Source: Ptychomitrium polyphyllum
Taxonomy: Eukaryota
Reading direction: 5' to 3'
Assembly: GCA_973851085.1 (NCBI GenBank)
Contig: OZ316776.1
Span: 13,268,001-13,332,000 of the forward strand
DNA: 64,000 nt
The position numbers and the translations under genes are program-made. This document shows, one piece after another, positions 59,821 through 64,000 of the stretch. Numbering within the stretch: position 1 is the stretch's first letter; every line of letters starts with the position of its first letter. The notes beneath the pieces were generated by a model, which was not told the origin of the DNA, searched no databases, and was given only the letters and a program-made list of their open reading frames with translations.

Positions 59821-62800
59821 ACACGATTCCCTCCCCATCCACGACCCGCCGTTCCACCACAAGCCGCTGTCCGACCCTCCCGACCTTCCTGCACCCGAAT
59901 CACACAACACATCCCCACCCAACTCCACCGGCACCACACGGAACAGAACAGGCTCTAGAAGCGCAAACAGAGCTAGGGTTAGCTACAGCACGACGCTCAG
60001 AATTCTGCGAGTGTGTTCGAGCTGCGGGAATTCGAATCAGTGATGGCGGGAGGGGGTGGAGAGCAATTGGACGAGAGCAATATGAGTGAGTGGACACGGA
60101 CCTCCGGGACGGGTGTCGAGAGCGGCACTGGATGGCGAAGGAGGCCCGGCGAGAAAGAGAGAGAGCGACGCTGGAGGTTGCGATATCACAAAGCGCTCAG
60201 CCCTAACTGCGACGGCCGCGATGGGCGTCCATCCGACGGTGGCGCGGAGTCGTCGAGTCGTCGAGTGGTCGCTGCCCTACCTGGGTGTGAACACCTTGGA
60301 CGAAAGGAACTTCCCTGCCGTCGGAGGTACGGAATTGTATCTTTTGAGACTTGCAGACTTCGCTGGTGGGGTTTCGCCGAATCTGGGCTTGATTAGCGAC
60401 TTGTGGATCGAAACCTCTTTAGGTGAATGCCTTAATTTCATTTGGATTGGATGGTTCTCTGTAGATTAAGTACTGTAATTTAGGACAAGAAGTTTAGATT
60501 TAAATAAGATTTTATTACATTTTTATGAAGTGTTTGTAATTTCATCATCCTATTGCCAAATTGAGTTTTGTTTATTTGTTATCAATGTCTCATTTAATGG
60601 TTATTTGGGTGCTTTGGACTATAGACTTTTTTTTTTGGATGTGTTTTGTTTGAATTTATTCATGATTCCACATCTTACGTCATTTTTTTGTAATGTACAA
60701 ATGTTATTATCTTCTTTATATATTGTATAAAATAATTTTTGCATTCCTTAAGTTAAATATATGATTCAATCATTTTAGTGCATTGTGATCAAATTTTACT
60801 TGTTATAAAAACTTGCTTGTGGTGCTTGAAGACATGCCATATAATGTATGAAATATGGTGAATACAACTTTTCTCTTTTTGCATGTTGAACAATATGGCA
60901 ACAATAAATCAAAAAATTATCTACTTTGTTACATGTATTCTTGTTGGTATCTTTTGCTATAAATACATTTAACCATCCCTTATCATTGAAGTTTAAATTT
61001 GATAAGTTTATTTTTTATAATACAAAATTCAAAGTATCATCTGTATTCTGCTTTTAAAAAATAATCTAGAGCCGTACGTATGACTTTCTAAATAAATCCA
61101 CGTCAATGTTGTAGCACATAAATTTGAACTCTTGGATTTTTAATGTGGATATTAATACAAGAATAATTTTGATTGTAATTGTGATCATTGCAAATATGAT
61201 GCATTGGCATTTTCACTATTATATAGTAAGGATAGTATTTGTAAATTCAAAAATTAGCATCTTTTACTTAAAAAAGACTTGACATGTGTTTCTATTTTAA
61301 ATATAATTTTTTGGAATGATATTGATGATTCCTTTGTGGTTGAATTTCTTCAACAAAAGAATCTAAGAATTTTTTTATTTGAAATTACAACACCAAAGTA
61401 ACCATATTTGAAGGCCCAATTTACTGATATAAATTCTAATGTTTAAATTGAAAAATAAATAAATGAAGAATTAATTGGAGTGAATGAAAATGCATTCAAT
61501 TAACTAGATGTTTTTCAAATGGATGAATGCAGAGCCTTGCAATATATAATCTTCTAATATATTTCACACTTTTATTGGATTTAACAAACACAAAAAAAAG
61601 TGAATTGTTTTCAAATTTAAAGTGCATTAAATATCTTATTTAAATATTTTAAGATTTAGTCTTTCAAAAAAAAAGACATTGTATCAAAAATAACCAAGTT
61701 AAGGTTATATATATGATTTTATATGCTTTTAAGTTTCTTTCAATTGCAATATTTTGATATTTCAACTTCCTAACTCAAATTTTTAATATTAGTTACAATG
61801 AATCTAATAGATGCATAAAAAATGTTTAAAGACAGCTTTGTAACTTTAATATTAGATGTTAAAGATTGTGAGTGGCAAATCATCTTTTCAATGAATTTAT
61901 ACAAATTAAATTTTTGGTATTTTGTTCCAATAAAGATTTACTTAAGAATGAAGTTCATTTGCTTTTGATATTCAATTTGCAAGTGCATCATGTTTGTAAT
62001 ACTCTAAAAAGGTTTTGAAGCAACTTCCAATTAAAATCTTCCCAATTCACTTAAATCTTTAGTATTAATCATATGTTATATTTGCTTCAACAAGCTCCAA
62101 AGATGATTCTTAAATTTATTTTGAAATGGAAAGGGGACTCCAACATTGGCTCTTAAATTTAATGTCATGTGAGTTATTCCTAAATAAAATTACCTCATGC
62201 TTTTGCTTCAATCTCATGAAAATGAATTCTCAATGATTTAATGAAGTATTAACTTCCTTCCTTGGTTAGCTACACCCTTATGAATCCACATTTTCAAACA
62301 AGACAAGCTTAATAGGTACAAAACATGAGATGAAAAAGGTTCACCTTATAATTCACCTTTTGTTTTTACATTACCTTGTAAAAAGAAATACGCCTGATAC
62401 ATGTATGAAATACTAAATGTACGCATACAAACTCAAATTCTTGAATCAAATCGACAATATAAAAGTTACATGCCACAAGATACAAAGAGCAAAAGCTGAA
62501 CGCAAATGTGCACAATTTGAGCCCACGGAAGGATTAAACCTGTACAGAAGCATTGGAGCTTTGGAGCGCATAGGGCAACTTCCACGGTACTGTACTTGTA
62601 CCTGAAACCGAGACGACGCCAAGGTCGGATGGAAGCATGGACGATCCCGAACTGGTCACGCCAAGGGGCCACGCCTGAACACAAGGCAGTGGGAACAGGG
62701 TGGGAAACAGGACAGGGAACGCAGGCTTCCCAACGAGGACACCCAGGATCGCGTGGACTTGTGGACTGGCTTTCAGCCCAAGCACTTCGGCCCGCGCAGC

Positions 62801-63112
62801 GCTGTCGCAGGCAAGGCTCGTGCCCTGCTCGTCTAACACGGAGGGGCCGAGTGCTCAGAGGCACACTGCAGTGAACCCTAATTCCTCAACCATTACGTCC
62901 GCGCTATCAACCAGGTCTCGTTTCACTCTAACCCTCGCTCCACCTTCGCACCGGCCCCGGCACCGCTATGGTCTCTCTCTCGCCGCTCACGACATTGCTG
63001 TGCCGTGGATTGTGCCCGAGATCATTTTCGTAGGCTTTGCGTTTGGATGTGGCATGGTCGCTGGCACAGTGTGTGATTCGGGTGTTGAGAGAGGATCTTT
63101 TTCTTTTTGGAT

Positions 63113-63269
63113 ATGGCGGGTGTGGTCGAGACAGAGAATGACACGGCCAAGAGAAAGAGTCTGGAGCCGGTTAGCAATGGCGTAGAGCATGGAACGGAGG
63201 ATGATGCGCCTGAAGCCAAGCGGCGGAATGTTGTGCGGTCGTGTATTCACGAGGTTGCGCTCCCGCCAG
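63113..63269 (+). CDS. First coding exon of a DExH-box exosome-cofactor RNA helicase (HEN2/MTR4-like); gene continues beyond the window
   Basis: MAGVVETENDTAKRKS...PEAKRRNVVRSCIHEVALPP followed by donor GTGAGC. The CxHEVAxP motif is the N-terminus of MTR4/HEN2 helicases. Confidence 0.65.
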
Positions 63270-64000
63270 GTGAGCGGACGTGGACACAGTTTCCTGTTCT
63301 GAATTTTTTTTTGGTTTTCGTTGGTATTTTTGGTCTGCAGTAGTTTTGAGCGGAACTAGTAAATGCAGTACCAGGAGGCTTTGCGCGGGCCTGTGTTCGA
63401 GTATTCTTGTGTTTGAGTTTTAGCTGGACTGTCTTGTGAGTGATTTTTCGACTGTGAGCTTTCATGGAATCGTAGAACACCTATAGCGTTGTTGGTGGTG
63501 AACGGCTATCTTTGTCGTCAGTCTTATCGTTAGTTACTGTATTCCTTCGGCACAGCTCAATAGTGAGAATATCTAGGTCCAACGTTAGGGTTTAATATCC
63601 GAAAGAGAACCTCTGCGTCTGTTCCGGGAGCTCGCGAAATGTTTTTCAAGCCAATGCCATTTGCTTATTCTAGTATCCTTTCTTCTAGCGGAAACTGAAA
63701 GTTGTTTAGAGTTACAGCTTAGCAACTGTTGCCTCTTCTTTACCTGTTAAAGCTACTCAACCACCGAATCTAGCATCATCTGTTTGAAGAGCATGTTATG
63801 AGCAGATGCGGCAAGGTTTTTACTCGTGGAGTCAGGTGTACTTATTGCTTGCTTCGTTTGAAGAGATTGATGAATACCTGGCGATTTGCTCGTTTTTAAA
63901 AATCGTGTCGATTGCTCGATTTTTTGTTTTCGAGTATCAAGGATACATTGTAGGTTACAGGTTTCTTAGTTGTCGTACAGGTTGGGAAATCTGGTTCTTT

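Noticed and set aside
57200..60470. Many overlapping ORFs of 100-260 aa around RPL13
   Set aside because: Expected by chance in GC-rich DNA; the real coding parts are the RPL13 exons.
60470..62460. AT-rich intergenic block (similar ones at about 1380-2310, 20420-21810, 48850-49460) as transposons
   Set aside because: Plausibly old TE debris, but I found no TIRs, LTRs, TSDs or coding remnants to support a call.

Overview
Eukaryotic, intron-rich land-plant DNA. A moss or other bryophyte is likely, because a motile-cilium gene (DNAAF1-like) sits among plant-type genes; this is inference. Gene models were assembled by reading GT-AG junctions. In order: the 3' end of an ABCC/MRP transporter, an HGSNAT-like membrane acetyltransferase, an orphan ORF, OS-9 lectin, decayed F-box and CDPK fragments, ER Hsp90 (GRP94/SHEPHERD, ending KDEL), initiator tRNA-Met, a CHR10/ALC1-like SNF2+macro remodeler, an extremely AT-rich DNAAF1-like LRR gene, a small membrane protein, a small acylated SVIP-like gene, a TCHQD/GDAP1-like GST, an intronless GT4 glycosyltransferase, RPL13 and the start of a HEN2/MTR4-like helicase. 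Most notable observations: (1) a GST with a bipartite plastid + twin-arginine (thylakoid-lumen-type) presequence and an atypical active-site motif; (2) a 525-bp near-perfect inverted duplication of a dead RuBisCO small-subunit gene enclosing the SVIP-like gene; (3) a possible ER-quality-control neighbourhood (OS9, GRP94, SVIP-like); (4) an 8-nt micro-exon in CHR10; (5) a duplicated ERSE-like element with N12 spacing plus a perfect HSE upstream of GRP94. No database searches were run; family calls come from motif recognition.
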